From Azolla caroliniana (Eukaryota; Plantae; Polypodiophyta): a DNA stretch of 64,000 nt. Location: positions 992,001 to 1,056,000 of the forward strand of contig JBHGNT010000018.1 in the NCBI GenBank assembly GCA_043228905.1, given 5' to 3'. Below are positions 25,497 through 39,610 of this stretch, piece after piece. The first letter of the stretch is position 1, and every line of letters begins with the position of its first letter. The translations under genes and the position numbers were made by a program. The notes beneath the pieces were generated by a model, which worked only from the letters and a program-made list of their open reading frames with translations, was not told the origin of the DNA and searched no databases.

Positions 25497-25792
25497 AAAT
25501 ACACGACATGAGTTGGGTTTAATACTTTTTGTTGACGCCTCAATGTGTAACCTTAGACAAACCGGCATCAGGATTCAAAACATTGAAGTGTAACTCAAAT
25601 GAATGGTATACACTAACACATATGTATGCATTTGAAAGGCTTTGGGATTTAGAGACATGGGAAGGATCACATAGAAATACAAAGCATGGGTTGGGCTTAA
25701 TAGTTCGTTGTAGTCTCAACGTGTAGCACTAGTTTCACATAGACTAACATCAAAGTATGAAAGTGTAATTCAAATAAATGGTATGCATGGAC

Positions 25793-25968
25793 ACATATAT
25801 TCATGCATATGCATTTGAAAAGGTTATCAATGTATTATTAGTTATTATTGGTAATTGGAATGTTGTTTCCACATATGTATGCATGCATATGCATTTGGAA
25901 AGGCTGTCCATATATTATGAGTTTATTGTTGTTAATTGGAACGATGTTTCGACATATGTATGCATATG
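25793..25968. repeat. Degenerate tandem repeat of about 78 bp (2 or more copies)
   Basis: Recurring CATATGCATTTG(G/A)AAAGG...TAATTGGAA..(T/A)TGTTTC.ACATATGTATGCAT. Confidence 0.6.
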
Positions 25969-28900
25969 AGAGGGGGGGGGTCCATATGTTGTCCATATGC
26001 ATTTGGAAAGGTTGTCCCCATTCCCACATATCTATTTCTACCCATAAGACAATTGAGCAAATTAGTTGGAACATTTTAATTTTACTTCTTCATCAACATT
26101 AACAAATTAGTGTTAGAACAAATAGGTGGCTTGCTAGTTCCAACAATTAATCCCTTTTTCAGGTAGAGTTATGTCTTAAGATTTTAACAAATAAGTGGTA
26201 GCACAACCTACAAGATGCTTGAACCACCTTCATAAACCCCATTAAGATTGTGCTTATACCACTAAGGGCATTTTGATGCTCCACAATGATCATTATATCA
26301 CGCACGAGACTCAAACTCAATTGCCAATGTAGTTGGAAACAATATTGGATAACTAGGAATATATTTATCATGAATTACATATTTGTATATTCATTCCGCC
26401 ATATGAATTTATATATTAAACACATATGAGTTGAACCAAATACATAGCCTTTAGACTGTATTCATAGTGACTCTTTGCACTTTATTGAGTGCTTAGAGAG
26501 GAAAAGAGAAGAGGCAATTGGACAATATTGTTGAAAGCATAGTTGTCTTCGCAACACCAACAACATGTGGATCATCCACTAACATTTGTCAATGTAACTA
26601 CAAACATTTGTTTAATCGAAAACCACGGCATTAGATCATATAATGATGGTGATTTGGACATTATATTTCTTTTATAGTAACTTGTTACTCACACTAATAC
26701 CTAGTAAATGTCGATGCCATTCTTATATTAAAATCTTTTTATGCCTTTAAGAATCATTCTTTACTAATTAAGAAAAATTATTTTAAATGTATAGGTTACA
26801 ACTCTATAATGAGGACTAGGCTACAACACTACGATTACAACACGACAATCTAGATCAAATTATTAATTTCATGTGTCAATATTTGCGAAATGGAGAGAGA
26901 TACTCAGACAATGTTGATGGTATTTTAACGTCCTTGGAATGTCAAAGAGTGAGAGATGTGCCATAAGTGTCACCATATCATTCAATATATATGCAAATTT
27001 TGAGGCCAATACTCATTACATGGGCCTATGCCTAGCATAATGTATACATGTAGGTGTTGCTCTTTAAACCCAAAGGTTAGTGTGTCACAACATAGGTGAA
27101 GAGCTTTTATTTGCATTTGTCCTCATAAATAAATCATAATTTGTTGACATCTATATATGATGTTTACATAATATATAAGTAGGTTTTTGGAAAGATGGTG
27201 AATCACACATTATTAGCAAATAGATTGTCTCACAATGTTGTTGATTATTAGCTTCCGTCTTCATCTTTTCGATGCCATACACATTGGAAAGTGCTCTCAG
27301 CATCATTTTTGTCTAGTCAAATGGTTGAACTTCATATATGTTTATTACTCTACTCAAGCTACTCAATTATCTTATGAATCAAATCTTTGATGAATTCTAT
27401 GCTCCAGAATTTTAACTTACAATGGCTTGTTTATGAATATACAATACGAACTTTGCATGATTTTTTCTTTTGAATGTTGAGAAACTTCTATTGTTTCTGT
27501 TTTTAAACTTCTCCTTGTGATCAAAATGTATAAGTTAGGGGTTCATTTGTAAATATTCAACAATAGCATGTGAGTTGAATGGAAGGTGATTTTCTTAAGA
27601 ACATTTTTCCATACATCAAGGTATCATTTTAAAAGATTTACGCATATAGGAAATGGTGCATGCTCGTCGTGAACAATCTCACAACCTCAGATGTATGTGA
27701 GACAAGAGGGTTATTATGACTCCCGCAAGTCGGAACATTGGGCAACGACACAACCTACAATGTTAATTCTCATATTTCTTGACGTTATTATGCTAGTAAA
27801 TTGGTGGCCCACAAGATAACAAACTCATTCTCAATTCTTCACCTATACAGAAACATTTCTACTTGACCATCCTTGTTTTGGCATGCTAGAAATATTGAGC
27901 GAACTTTTCCTTCTTTCCTAATTAAGCGTAAGTTGGTTGTTGAGTTCCTTTATGGAGGGCCATAACCATTGGTCTTGAATATACCACCACATGTTCTTGA
28001 ATATCCCATAAAATGACCTTGAAAACAAACTATATGGTCTATACAAATTCAATTAGACATACATATGTCAATAAATGTTAATTGGTGTTATCTTTTATAA
28101 TACTCATGGTGTCAATGAAGACAAAAAGTAATGGATTTATATTAGAGATTATGGGTAAAAGTATTGTGAAAATGGAATATGGATAAGCATACTGAGAGTT
28201 CACATGTAATTGATATACAAGAGATTTGTTTTGCATAAACATTTGATGGATGTTGGTATGGTGTATTAGGATCATGATGCAACCTCCCACACAAAGTCAT
28301 AAGGGAATTGTGTTCCAACAATTGGCCTCTTTTGGGTGAGGCTACTATATCGTGACACGTTAGTGACCAATTGCAACAAGTTACACTATCCATGATATGT
28401 TGATCAATTTTAATTTTGATTGTTGGTGTGAGGTGCTCACAATTTGTATGATCCCAATATCAAGATTGTTGCTTTAATAAATTACAAACTTGCAATATTG
28501 ATACTCTTATCACATATAGTAATGCATTATACAAGTGAGGTGAAATCCCAAATAGAATATTTATATATTTGATTCGAAACAGAAAATACAAGACATGACA
28601 AACATAAAGAGATCATTTGGGGAAAAACCTACAAAGTCGATATGGACTAGATTCAATTGATTGTCCAAAATTCTACTCACCATGTAGCCCCATATTGTTT
28701 GATTTAAAACAATAGAAAAAATAGGCTACATGACAAAAAGAAAGGTATTGTTTGAGGGAGGACCTAACAAGTTGATATGGACTAGATTCAGTTGATTGGC
28801 TAGCATTTTGCTCATCATATAGCCCCATATATCTTTGCCTCTCTCACACTATCACACACTTCCGTAGGAACATCCAATAAAAGACCATGGTTATGTCACA

Positions 28901-30866
28901 ATAATTGGCATACATAATCCCTCTATGTACTCATGGCAATACCATTTTATATGATAAATATTTATAGAACATTATTGATGAGAGAACTATCACATAACTA
29001 AACCATTGGAAACAATAGCTATAGATGTTGCGAACTAAATTTGAAACCTCTAACAACTATTGCTTTTACTCTCTCTCGCAATGATAAGTTGTTAGACGAC
29101 TAACCCTAGGTCTTGGGTTTGAGACCAAACTTTCTCACCTCTTTATCACTCCATCTAACTTTCTCACCTCTCAATTGCTCCTTTTGTCTCTCCTTACTTC
29201 TCTCTTTTTTATTGAGAACCACATATCAATCCTTGCCATGGGGTTGGCCTTGTCCCACATACCATAATCACCTTCTCGTGGTCATTAGTAAATCTTCCCA
29301 TCTCTCGCACCCCAATTATTTGACAATTGTTTATAGCAAACCCTTGCAAAGCAAACAAAATGTATAATAAGTCCCACGAGCTATGCAGCCACCTTTGAAT
29401 AAAAGTTCATTTTCACATTCTATCGCAATGACAAAAGGTTTTTGTCCTTTATAAATTGTACATTCTAGGGTAAACGATGTTAACAACCTTTTTAATGTGA
29501 GAAATTTCTAACTTCCAATGGTTTTTAAAAATATTATCGATGCATATCATAAGAAGAACACCATATTCTATCTTTATGTGAGAAAACGATTTTGCACAAA
29601 TTTATGCATTTAGTTTCAAGTATTGAGAGTTGGGAAGTTACACAATTTTACGTACAACATTAACATATTATGTTGACTAACAAGAGAGAGTAGTTTAAAG
29701 AGTGATGATTGAATCCACCTTAATATCCTTCCTACCCACTTACAATGTTAGGGACAGTAGGTGGGGTAAGCACTCTTAAGACATAAAAAACGAAGTGAAA
29801 GCAAAGCACTTACTCGAAGTCATTTCAAGTTGAACTTTATCATGTTTGCATTGATGAGAAAGGTCACTATAATATACACTCTGAACAAAGAGGCATTATA
29901 TTTATTATTGTTAAGCACTTTAAGATGCTTTTTAAGAAGATGGCAAAATCGTGCTATATGTGTAGGAATGGAATTTCAAATTAACTAAACACAATTATTG
30001 ATGATAAATGGGTAATGATAATATTGCACGTGTTTTCTGATTCCAACAAGGGAAAAAGGTTTGGCGATAAATTATAGAAAGCAATACCAAACTCCTCAAT
30101 GATATTGGAACCGAGGGGGGGGAGTTGAATTTGAAGCTAGAGTTAGCAAATGAGATAAAATTAATCAAAGGGCATGTTGGGGATCCATAGAATCTAAAAT
30201 GCCATGTCAAAACCTTTGCAAGTATCTTCGGAGATTCTACTTACCACAACTTAGGGAATGGACACTACTGTTGTGGTTTATATCCTTCGACCCTTACAAT
30301 GCTCGCCGAATACTAGGAGGTGTTGTTGCAAGAAAATATTCCTTATCTTGGAGGGCTATAAAGCAATATAATATGCCCACTTAGGTGTACGTTGAAAGCA
30401 AATATATATTTAATCTATGGACATGTAAATATTCATTGTTTATGGAAGGAGGATCCAAGGGAAGAGGGATGGGTCCCAACAATGTTAGAGAGAAACACAA
30501 AGAGTTGTGAAGGGGAATGACAAGTGCCTATACACCAAGAGAGATTTGTGAGAGAGTTACATGGCAAGGTGCCAAAAATAGTGGAAAAGGCAACTTTCAC
30601 TAGTTTTATAACGACCTTTGGTGAATTGCTATACGTTACAAGGGGGGAGTGTAATCTCTCCCTCTCACTCGCTCGCTCACACACACACACACCCCACACA
30701 ATATCTCTAGAGAGAGAATACTTTAAGCACGAGGGAGTATTTCAAAGGGTAGGGATGTTATTGAAAGAGACCCTAGATTGAGAGAGTATAAGAATGAGGG
30801 TGGCACGCATTGTACTCACACACTAACTTCTTTCTTAGATCTCTCATACTACAAGCATAATTACCA

Positions 30867-33800
30867 ATGGCTCCCAATGACATGAATATGCCAAGTCCCC
30901 CTGTAGAGACAATTGATCCCATTAAAATGAAACAACTTACCCTTGATCATAATATCCACATTAATCATCATGATGAATCCAATGTCGACCTCAAGGCCTT
31001 GCATGTCAATGCTTTGGACCTCAAAGCCATAAAGTCAGAGTCCAATTCTACATTCCTCCAAGCTACATTCAACTGCACAAGTCTCCTACTAGGTAATTTA
31101 CTCTACTGATCTACTCTCGCATACACAAACAAACATACAATGACTCCACAAGTACTTCATTTGTTGCAATATAATCTACTTGTGTTTATATAATGATATT
31201 CATTAATAATAATAGTATGTTATAAATCAACTTCAACATAACAAGGAGTCCACATAAAATTCACGAATACACATTTTGTCATATTGGCTAGTTTTCAAGT
31301 AAATGAGAGTAAACAACCTTGGAAAAAAAAAATACTTCGGCATTTGGTAGTATCATTGGTGTTAAGTTGTGGAATGCACATTATATTGAAGACCATCACA
31401 ATATGTCTAAGTGAGACAAGTTAAACTCGACGATTTGCATTGGTGGATAGTGAGGAAAGCTAGAAGGAAAAAATTAAGAAGAGAGGATATATACCTAGTA
31501 ATAATGGCATAAATAAGGGTGGTGAACTAAAAATAAGAACAACGAGGTGCCAAAGGTCATTGATGAGGAGCATGAGGAATCATGACATTTTGTCATGGCA
31601 ATTATCGAGAGTTGTTTAAGGTAATCGTAGTGAGTCAACAATGGCTTAACCACCCAAACACAATTTTCACAGTGTCATAGGAAAAAATATGTTGGGTGGC
31701 TTAAAAGCTTATCCAAATTGAACTAAAACTTGAAAGTATTTGATTAGATGGTTGAGTTGTGTGCATACACGTATCTCACCAAAGGCGTGTATGCACACTT
31801 CCAATGCTTGATTAAGCCTTTGCGCCAAACATTTAGGTCTAAATGTCAAAGTGATGCCAAGTGTATTCATTGATCATTCCTTACGAACAAGCTAGGATAA
31901 ATTGATGTTATAACCACCCAATTGTTTTTTTACCTTTTCGTTGAAACTTTCACCACATCATTAAGTAAAAAATCGCGATGATTTCCAACACTATAAACAA
32001 TACCAAACTCACATACAATAGACCAAGTAAGAGTTTGTAATATCCATGAATCAATATTTGATTCTAAACTTAGAGCCACTAAATGATAAAGCTAGTACCT
32101 CACTTTTTAACCAATCATCATATCATGCAGACAACTTTTCTATACATATAAAACAAGTCAATAGTCTCCATCCACTACAATTCACCCAATGACAATTGAC
32201 ATATGCCGACTTGGCAATGAACTTAGCCACATGCACTTTTGACACACATCTTGATTCAAATCAAGATTTACCAACGTTTTTTCAAATGTCATACAATACA
32301 TCAAATCTAACACGATAAAACGTATTGCATTTTATAGGATTTTGTGAAGAATAATACATGCTTAACATAGGGATTCACCGAGATGCATATATTAAATGTT
32401 AATGTGGAAGTGTAATTCACAAACTCGGAATTGTGCACATGTTCTAATATATAGATCAATACAAAATTTTTACACATATTAAGTTTGAAGCTCTTCGTAC
32501 ACACGAGCACTTTGCGCTTATATAGTGTTGTGTGTCGTAGTAACATTCTTTATTTTCAAGGAACTAACATATAATAATGTAGTAATTCATATTTCTCAAA
32601 GACATATAACCTATCTTGGATTTTACCATCCATTGAAAACAAGTGTTTCTTAAAAAACAATTTTCTTAAAAGGATCTATCATAATGTGGGAAAACATTGG
32701 TACAAAGTTCAAACCATGCCAAGTCATATCCATATTGGCAAAAGACCACAAATTATGTTCTAGAGAAGAACATAAGTTTTCACACCATAATGCCTATATA
32801 TTAGGAAGGGGAATCACAATTGGTGACCTCAATAGTGATATGTCTACCTATAGATTATGAAGGAGGAATCCAATATGGCCGATGGAAGCAATATAGTTTA
32901 TTTAGTTTGCTTGGCATAATATACAAACCAGGACCAAGGAAACTTTTGATCCAATGTGAAAATCTTTTTCGAGTATGTGCATGTAAGTGTTTGTTTTAAC
33001 AATCTCTAGGATTTGATGGAAATGTTTGTGAGATGTCAATGTAGGCTTGGGGGTGTTATCATCCCCCTATGCAATCGCACATGCTGGGTGGCTAGGTGCC
33101 GCAATGGCGTTGGTCGTGGCGGCAATGTACGCGTACGCGGCCCTCCTAATGGCGAGGTGCCAGAAGCAGACGGGGGCGGGCACTTACCAAGAGCTCGCGG
33201 AGCTCGCGCTCGGGCGCCGCATTAGCCTATTCATCGAGTTCTTCTTCTACCTCGAGCTCGCGGGGAGCCTCATGGGCTATTGCATCTCCATAGGCGACAA
33301 CTTGGCGCACGTGTTCCCATCGGCGCGCCTTGGGATCCCGGGGGTCTCGGCACACAACATACTCTTGCTCTTGGCCTGCCTATGCATCCTCCCTACAGTG
33401 TGGCTCCGCGACTTGTCCGCCCTCTCCTTCACTTCGGTGTGGTCGGTGCTCAACACATTGCTACTTATAATCTCCGTCCTTGTTGCGGCCACCGCGGATT
33501 CACACATCGGCTTCCGGCATGCGATCCCGGCCGTGGAGCTCCAGGGTGCCCCGGTCGCCGCAGGCCTCTACGCATTCGCATTCGGGGGGACGACCGTCTA
33601 CCCAAGTGTGTACAAGTCCATGAGGGACCCCACCAAGTTCACATATGTGTTGTTCCTTAGCTTCAGCATTGCGACCAGCTTCGTGGTCGGGCTTGGCATC
33701 ATGGGTGCCTCTATGTTCGGGTCGGTGACCGCGTCCCAAGTGACACTCAACCTCCCCCCACACAAGGTGACCACCCACATGGCCCTATGGCTCACTGTGC

Positions 33801-34198
33801 TCACCCCGACCTTCATGTTCGCGCTCGTGATGTCCCCGATCTCCAAAGCCATGGATGCGGGCGTGAGCCGGCGCCTCCGTAAGTACCCCGCGCGCCTCCA
33901 AATGGCCGTGGCCACACTAGCCCGGTCATCCGTAATGGCCCTCATCGTAGTAGGCGCCATGGCATTGCCATACTTTAACTACGTAGTGGCCCTCATCGGC
34001 TCCTCTATGACGATCGCGATTTGTCTTGTATTCCCGTGTGTTTTCTATGCAATCCTTTGCCGAGACCGCTTGAACCGCTCATCCATCGCCGCGATCACCA
34101 TTGTGTCCATCTTATCGGCCATTGCCGCGGTTTGTGGTACCATAGTTTCCTTCCAAGGTCTCATCGAGAGTAGGAAGCATCACCGTTCCTCATCTTGA
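30867..34198 (+). CDS. AVT1: AVT1-family (Aa_trans) vacuolar amino-acid transporter, 2 exons, 459 aa
   Basis: Exons 30867-31092 and 33045-34198 (phase-1 GT-AG) join as STFLQATFNCTSLLLG|LGVLSSPYAIAHAGW. Also LPTVWLRDLSALS, GLYAFAFGG..VYPSVYKSMRDP, LPYFNYVVALIGS and multiple hydrophobic segments. Confidence 0.92.
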
Positions 34199-37016
34199 AA
34201 ACATCCCGACCAAAAAGACACTTCTTTGCCCAATTCTTAATGGGGGTGGGGTGGACATGTCTTTAGTGCTCCTCTTCACCACTATGTCCCTTGTATAACA
34301 TGATAAACCCAATAAAACAAACACAATCTGAACCAATCAATATCACCCTCCCCCCAACACTTTCTCCCCATGGCGTGGTTTCAGTATCTTAATAATTCTC
34401 AAACATACAAGTAATTTTTGCTTTTTGATTAGCATTGGCTCTCTCTAAAGAGGAGACATTGCTATTGTTTTTTAGAAGCCTGGTTTGAAAAACTTATTGT
34501 AAAAGCTCATATGTACTTCACAAGTATCAACACACAACTCCACCTGTTTTTATTATGGTTAAAAATAAACCCCACGTTTTTGTAAAATTGGTTGACCGGT
34601 TTCTGCCGGTCACTATTATTGGTTTAAGAACCTATTTGTAAACCTTTGTTATCTACTAAATAAAATTTACAATTGAGTGTTGCCTATTTCTTGCATTCAA
34701 TGTATATGTAGGATCAACGAATTTGAATATTGTCTCGAGAAACAACACATAAATATGGATTCCAACTGAAGCATGGTGTCATCATTGATGTTGTTTAAAT
34801 GCATGATATGTTTTATAGCATATGCAACATCCGATGCTAAATCAACTAAAGCAGTATGTTTTACCATCAAATGCTAAATCAATGAGCATTTTGAACCACA
34901 CATATACTTGGTATGCAAGCGCCTAAAATACTTTATATTCTGAATGAAGTACACATTTGAGTATAAAAACATCCAACATGGTATCATGGCATTTCAAAAT
35001 GCCTGAATGTAGTAGACATTAAGAACAACAACGTTAACACTACGAAGCTATAACATGTGAGAGATCAAGGTTTTTGCAACATAAGGATTTTTTTAGTTTC
35101 ATGCTACTTAAAACTCAATTGGATATGATGCAAGGGCCGAAACAATATAGTGAGACAAAAGGCCATAAAGCGTTAATGGATGAAGATTGACCAAAGTTCA
35201 AAATTGATGTTCGTAGAAGGATATGCCTTTGAACTCTCTATAATCTCTCCTAATTGTGAAGGATCATGCTATACTTCTCAACATCCTCAAATATAGGTCC
35301 TATCGTGATGATGTGATAGCCAAGAGACCCTTGAAAGTTGACACTTGTAAATTAGCCTGCCTTTACTTAAATGCTCTGACTTAAGTTTTATGTGTTCACA
35401 ACCTTTATTGCCTTGCTTTCATTTGCACCTTTTCATGAGTGCATGCACTAATTACCATGCATCAATTTTCTTTCCCTTGCATTTACATGTTGGAGTATTG
35501 TTTTTTGTTTAACCCTTAGATTTTGTCTCTTCCATGCCGCTCAACACTATATACAAGTTTGGAAACACAACTTTTTATGTGCATGTACCCTTGATAGGAA
35601 TTTAAGTGTTCAAGTTCCACGATAATATTGTACATCAGCATTGTCCATGCTAGGTATATAAAGTTCTAGGTTGTCCAAACCCCCACAAAAATACAGATTA
35701 CATGTTCCATTGGGATTTTTATCCATTGATGATTTCCTAGGATACATTACAATGACTTAAAACTTTGTTGGAGCCTCTGGTCTCTTGCACCACAAGCACC
35801 GTTAAGCTTCTCCAGGGCCTAGCGTGTCATTGTACAACCACTTGACCCCTTATGACATACATGTTGCATAATCCACCAAGAGTTTTAGACTGACCAATGA
35901 CCATTGGTCTTTAACACAACACACACATTGCCAAATTTATTTAGGCCTTGATGTGTCTTTCAAGAACTACAACTCATTCATACACATCACAATCCATTTA
36001 ATTGTCTACCCATGGTCACCCAAATTTTGAAGGGCATTTGGTGAAGCATGAAGCATCCCCAACTTCTTGTAGCATATGATTCATGCATAACACAATCAAC
36101 TCTCATTGTAGCCTCTACCTCTTCCACATGTCTCAACACAACCAAGACTCTTACGACACATTTTCATAGTTCCCTAAGCAAATAGCTATAGTGTTGATTA
36201 GAGGCTTTCCATCACATTCAAGTCATCTTACACCCAAACCTTGACAACTCATATCTAAATATTTCATTGCCTTTTTTAGGGTTCATGCTCTTTATTCCCA
36301 TTTCCAAATTCATCACATGATTTTTGTTCTATATGTAATTTTCCATCCAGCTCAGTGAAGAGGCACCACCTTGCCCAATGTATCTCCACCAAATTTAAGC
36401 GGTGAAAGGCTGGTTTTTCTTACTCCCCTCCCCCTTCACTTAAGCCTAGGGATGGATAGTTGTTTTTGCCAACCCGCCAACTCACATACTACTCAAGCTC
36501 GCTTACCACAATGCCATGTGTTCAACCCCAACATAGCCTAAAAGTTAATCAAAGTACAACTTCCCACTATGGTATAGCTTCAATAAGATGAATAAAATAC
36601 AGCTAGTTTGTACTAAGGCTCTTACACCAAAAACTAGAATTGCATGTGATCATCCCTTACATTACTCAAAGTCATGTAGTTAAATTAGTGGAATGCGAAC
36701 CACACAAGCTCTGCAAATAAATTAAGGTACAACTTAACATACTGGTATGACTTCAATAAGGGGAGGACTTTGTTGCTAGTTAGCAAGGTCATCCCACAAA
36801 GATCATAATGCTATGTGTTCAAGCAAGGTCTACACAGGTTAAGAAAAGGCTTACCACTACCTTCAAGGAGATGATGATGGGGATCCATTATTGTTCTTTA
36901 GTTAACCATAGAAATATAGTAATTTAGGCTTTATGAGGTAATTCAAATTTGGACTGACCATTCTGTTGACCACTTGCATAATAGTGTTTATCTAGACTGA
37001 ACACACAAATTTCTTG

Positions 37017-39049
37017 TTATTCAACATCCCAATATGTGGTGGTTTTAAAGTCATCCTCTTCCATTTGCTTGCCATGTTTCTCATGATCATAAGAAACCGG
37101 TTTTTCCCCTCCAAATGTTGTATTCAACTGACTTTTGTCGAAGAGTTCTTCCATCAGTTTGAGACTCTCAGGATTGTTGGAGTACACAAACTTCACTTTC
37201 TGGTATGTCTTTGGATCAAGGAAATGTCGCACAACCTATTTAGCAAAATACCCTAGTTAATATAGAGACTTGTTTGGCACTCAATGAAACAAACACAGCT
37301 ACAATTAGATTGTATATATAGAGATGTATGCAGATTATGTTTGTTGTTTTTATGTCGATATATGTACGTACGTATGTACAAATATGTGTTTATATGATAC
37401 ACACACATACAAATATAGGTATTACCAAGGTCAAAACACCAAAATAACCCTATGTATTAGTACATGATAGATAGATCTGCAGATTCCATAATTGTCCTCC
37501 TCAGAAGATAAACTATGACCTTACACGAGAGGGGTATTCTGTCGATCTGTGAGAATTTAGTGGTGTTCTGATAAACACCCCAAGAGTATTTTTGGAGTTT
37601 TTTAATTCCTATTATCAATCAGCAATTGGTTTCATACCTTCCAAAAAGCTTGAAAAATTCTTGGTGGATTGTAAAGGATTGCATATCCAAGTCTTTCTGG
37701 GTAGTAGTTTTGCAAAATATTGGTAGCTTCCCGAGTGGTTCTAATCGACACTGCCGTGGAAAATGACCAGCCAGTAAAATCAATTAACCACACCATCTGT
37801 TCTTCGTCTGGTGGCAAGTTTAAAAGTGCATTCTCCATTAAGTAAACCATGTGCCGAATCTGGCCAACTGAGCATGATGTATTCTGTTGATGGATACAGT
37901 GAAAAAACAATGGAAAACTTACGTAAATATGCTTATATGTATGAAAAAGATGGGAATTTGCCGCCTCAAATATGCTTATATTTACTTGAATTTCTCATAG
38001 GCATATAATATATAAAGAACAATAATGCAGTACTAGCAGTCCACACCATGTTTGTAGCCATCAACAAATAAAATCTCTCTTATAGGCATCTATAAGGTTA
38101 AATGTTTCCACTACAGCATCACACCGTGTTTTGCATGTAATGCTTTGTTTCTCTTGTTACTGTATATATGTATATATAAACACACACACACACACACACA
38201 CACAGGGTATATGTAGATAAAATATCTAACCTGTTTAGCTGGTGCTAGTACCAGGACAGTTCTTCCTTGCTTGTCAAAGAAATCTGCTCGGTATACTTTC
38301 CCAGTTTCACCTTCTTCGGCTACATCTTTCTACATATGATATGTAAAAACTTACAATGACATTAGGATGCTTTTTATTTCCTTTTCTGAAAAAGAATACA
38401 AGACTCATGCAAAAAAAACTCACCCATCTGATATCCTCAGGTTTGAAATATGCCCTCCAACTGAGAGTTTCATCGAGCATTTTCTTCGCTTTTTGCACAT
38501 CCCAGTTCCTGGCTCGAAGATACCTTCTTAGACATGCATCTGAACAAAACTTGTCTGCTCGGTTCGATAATGTGCCACAAGACGACCGTAGTTCATAGAC
38601 CTATAAGAGGCACAATGTTTTATCAGAATTTATTACATGGTCAGGTCATCAATCTCAAAAGTATGTAAGAACTGCAGGTGAGTTCAACAGAAGATTCTGT
38701 TTTTTTCATTTGGCTCTTTGTTTACACATCATTTGCATACATTAAGTGTACCATTTATAGGGGGTAAATAAATGATTGAATTAGGAGAAGTGTGCATTTA
38801 TTCATGAAAAATATCAACAAATAGAGTGTTTTCTAGGGTCTTTCGAATAGACTTGAGATGAACCATGAAAATTAGTTCGCATGCACACAACATGTGTACA
38901 GTGAACTGACCTGAGATGAGAAGCTCTTGAAAAAAATAGTTGCTTAAAATTTTCATGCATTTCATTTCACTCATTACCTTTTGTTGCTCTTCTTCAGGAG
39001 TATGGATTTTATCCATGCTGTGAACGTCATGATGCTTACGCCGAAACAT
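37017..39049 (-). CDS. Sec14/CRAL-TRIO phosphatidylinositol-transfer family protein (PDR16-like), 270 aa
   Basis: Phase-0 coding exons 38978-39049, 38424-38600, 38231-38329, 37638-37883 and 37017-37235. Motifs [60 protein letters not shown] 5'UTR intron is likely (donor 40365, acceptor 39073). Confidence 0.93.
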
Positions 39050-39479
39050 TGTCACTTGAAGTTATCAACCACCTGAATTCACAATATAACTTCAGAAACA
39101 AAACTCTGAAAATTTTGAAGGTCTTATACCAATTTGGTCACAGTATACATTCTCTTGTTGCTCACATATAAAATTACCATGAATATGAAAAAAACCATTC
39201 ACTGTTTTTAACAATAGCATCTATGCCATTAGTGTCCATCCATGAAAGGGGAAGATTCACAAAACTCTCTCTCTCTCTCTCTCTAAAGACCATGAAAGGC
39301 CATGTGAGGACCAACCAAAGCTTTACAATGGCTAATGAATCAAAATTCACAAGAAAGTCACATATAATAATTCACTTGAATCAAGTATTGAACAATATCT
39401 GCAAATAGACTTTACTTGAATCAAAATATTACTCACAATCGCTAATTATATGGTCAGAACTTGCAAATGTAGGTCCAGG

Positions 39480-39610
39480 TTTATTGTCATCATCCTTTCA
39501 TAACCCAGTACCAGTACCATAAGCATCATCATCATCGTCTCAGAACCCATTACCATAGGCATCGTTATAATCCTCTCATAACCCATTACCATAAGCATCA
39601 TTATCTTGTC
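39480..39610. repeat. Three degenerate units of about 39-45 bp, ATG-rich on the minus strand
   Basis: Minus-strand GATGC(T/C)TATGGTA(A/C)TGG...TGA repeated three times. Confidence 0.65.

Noticed and set aside
33045-34198. AVT1 as a horizontal transfer or retrocopy
   Set aside because: It has a normal spliceosomal intron and a typical plant AVT1 sequence. High GC alone is not enough.
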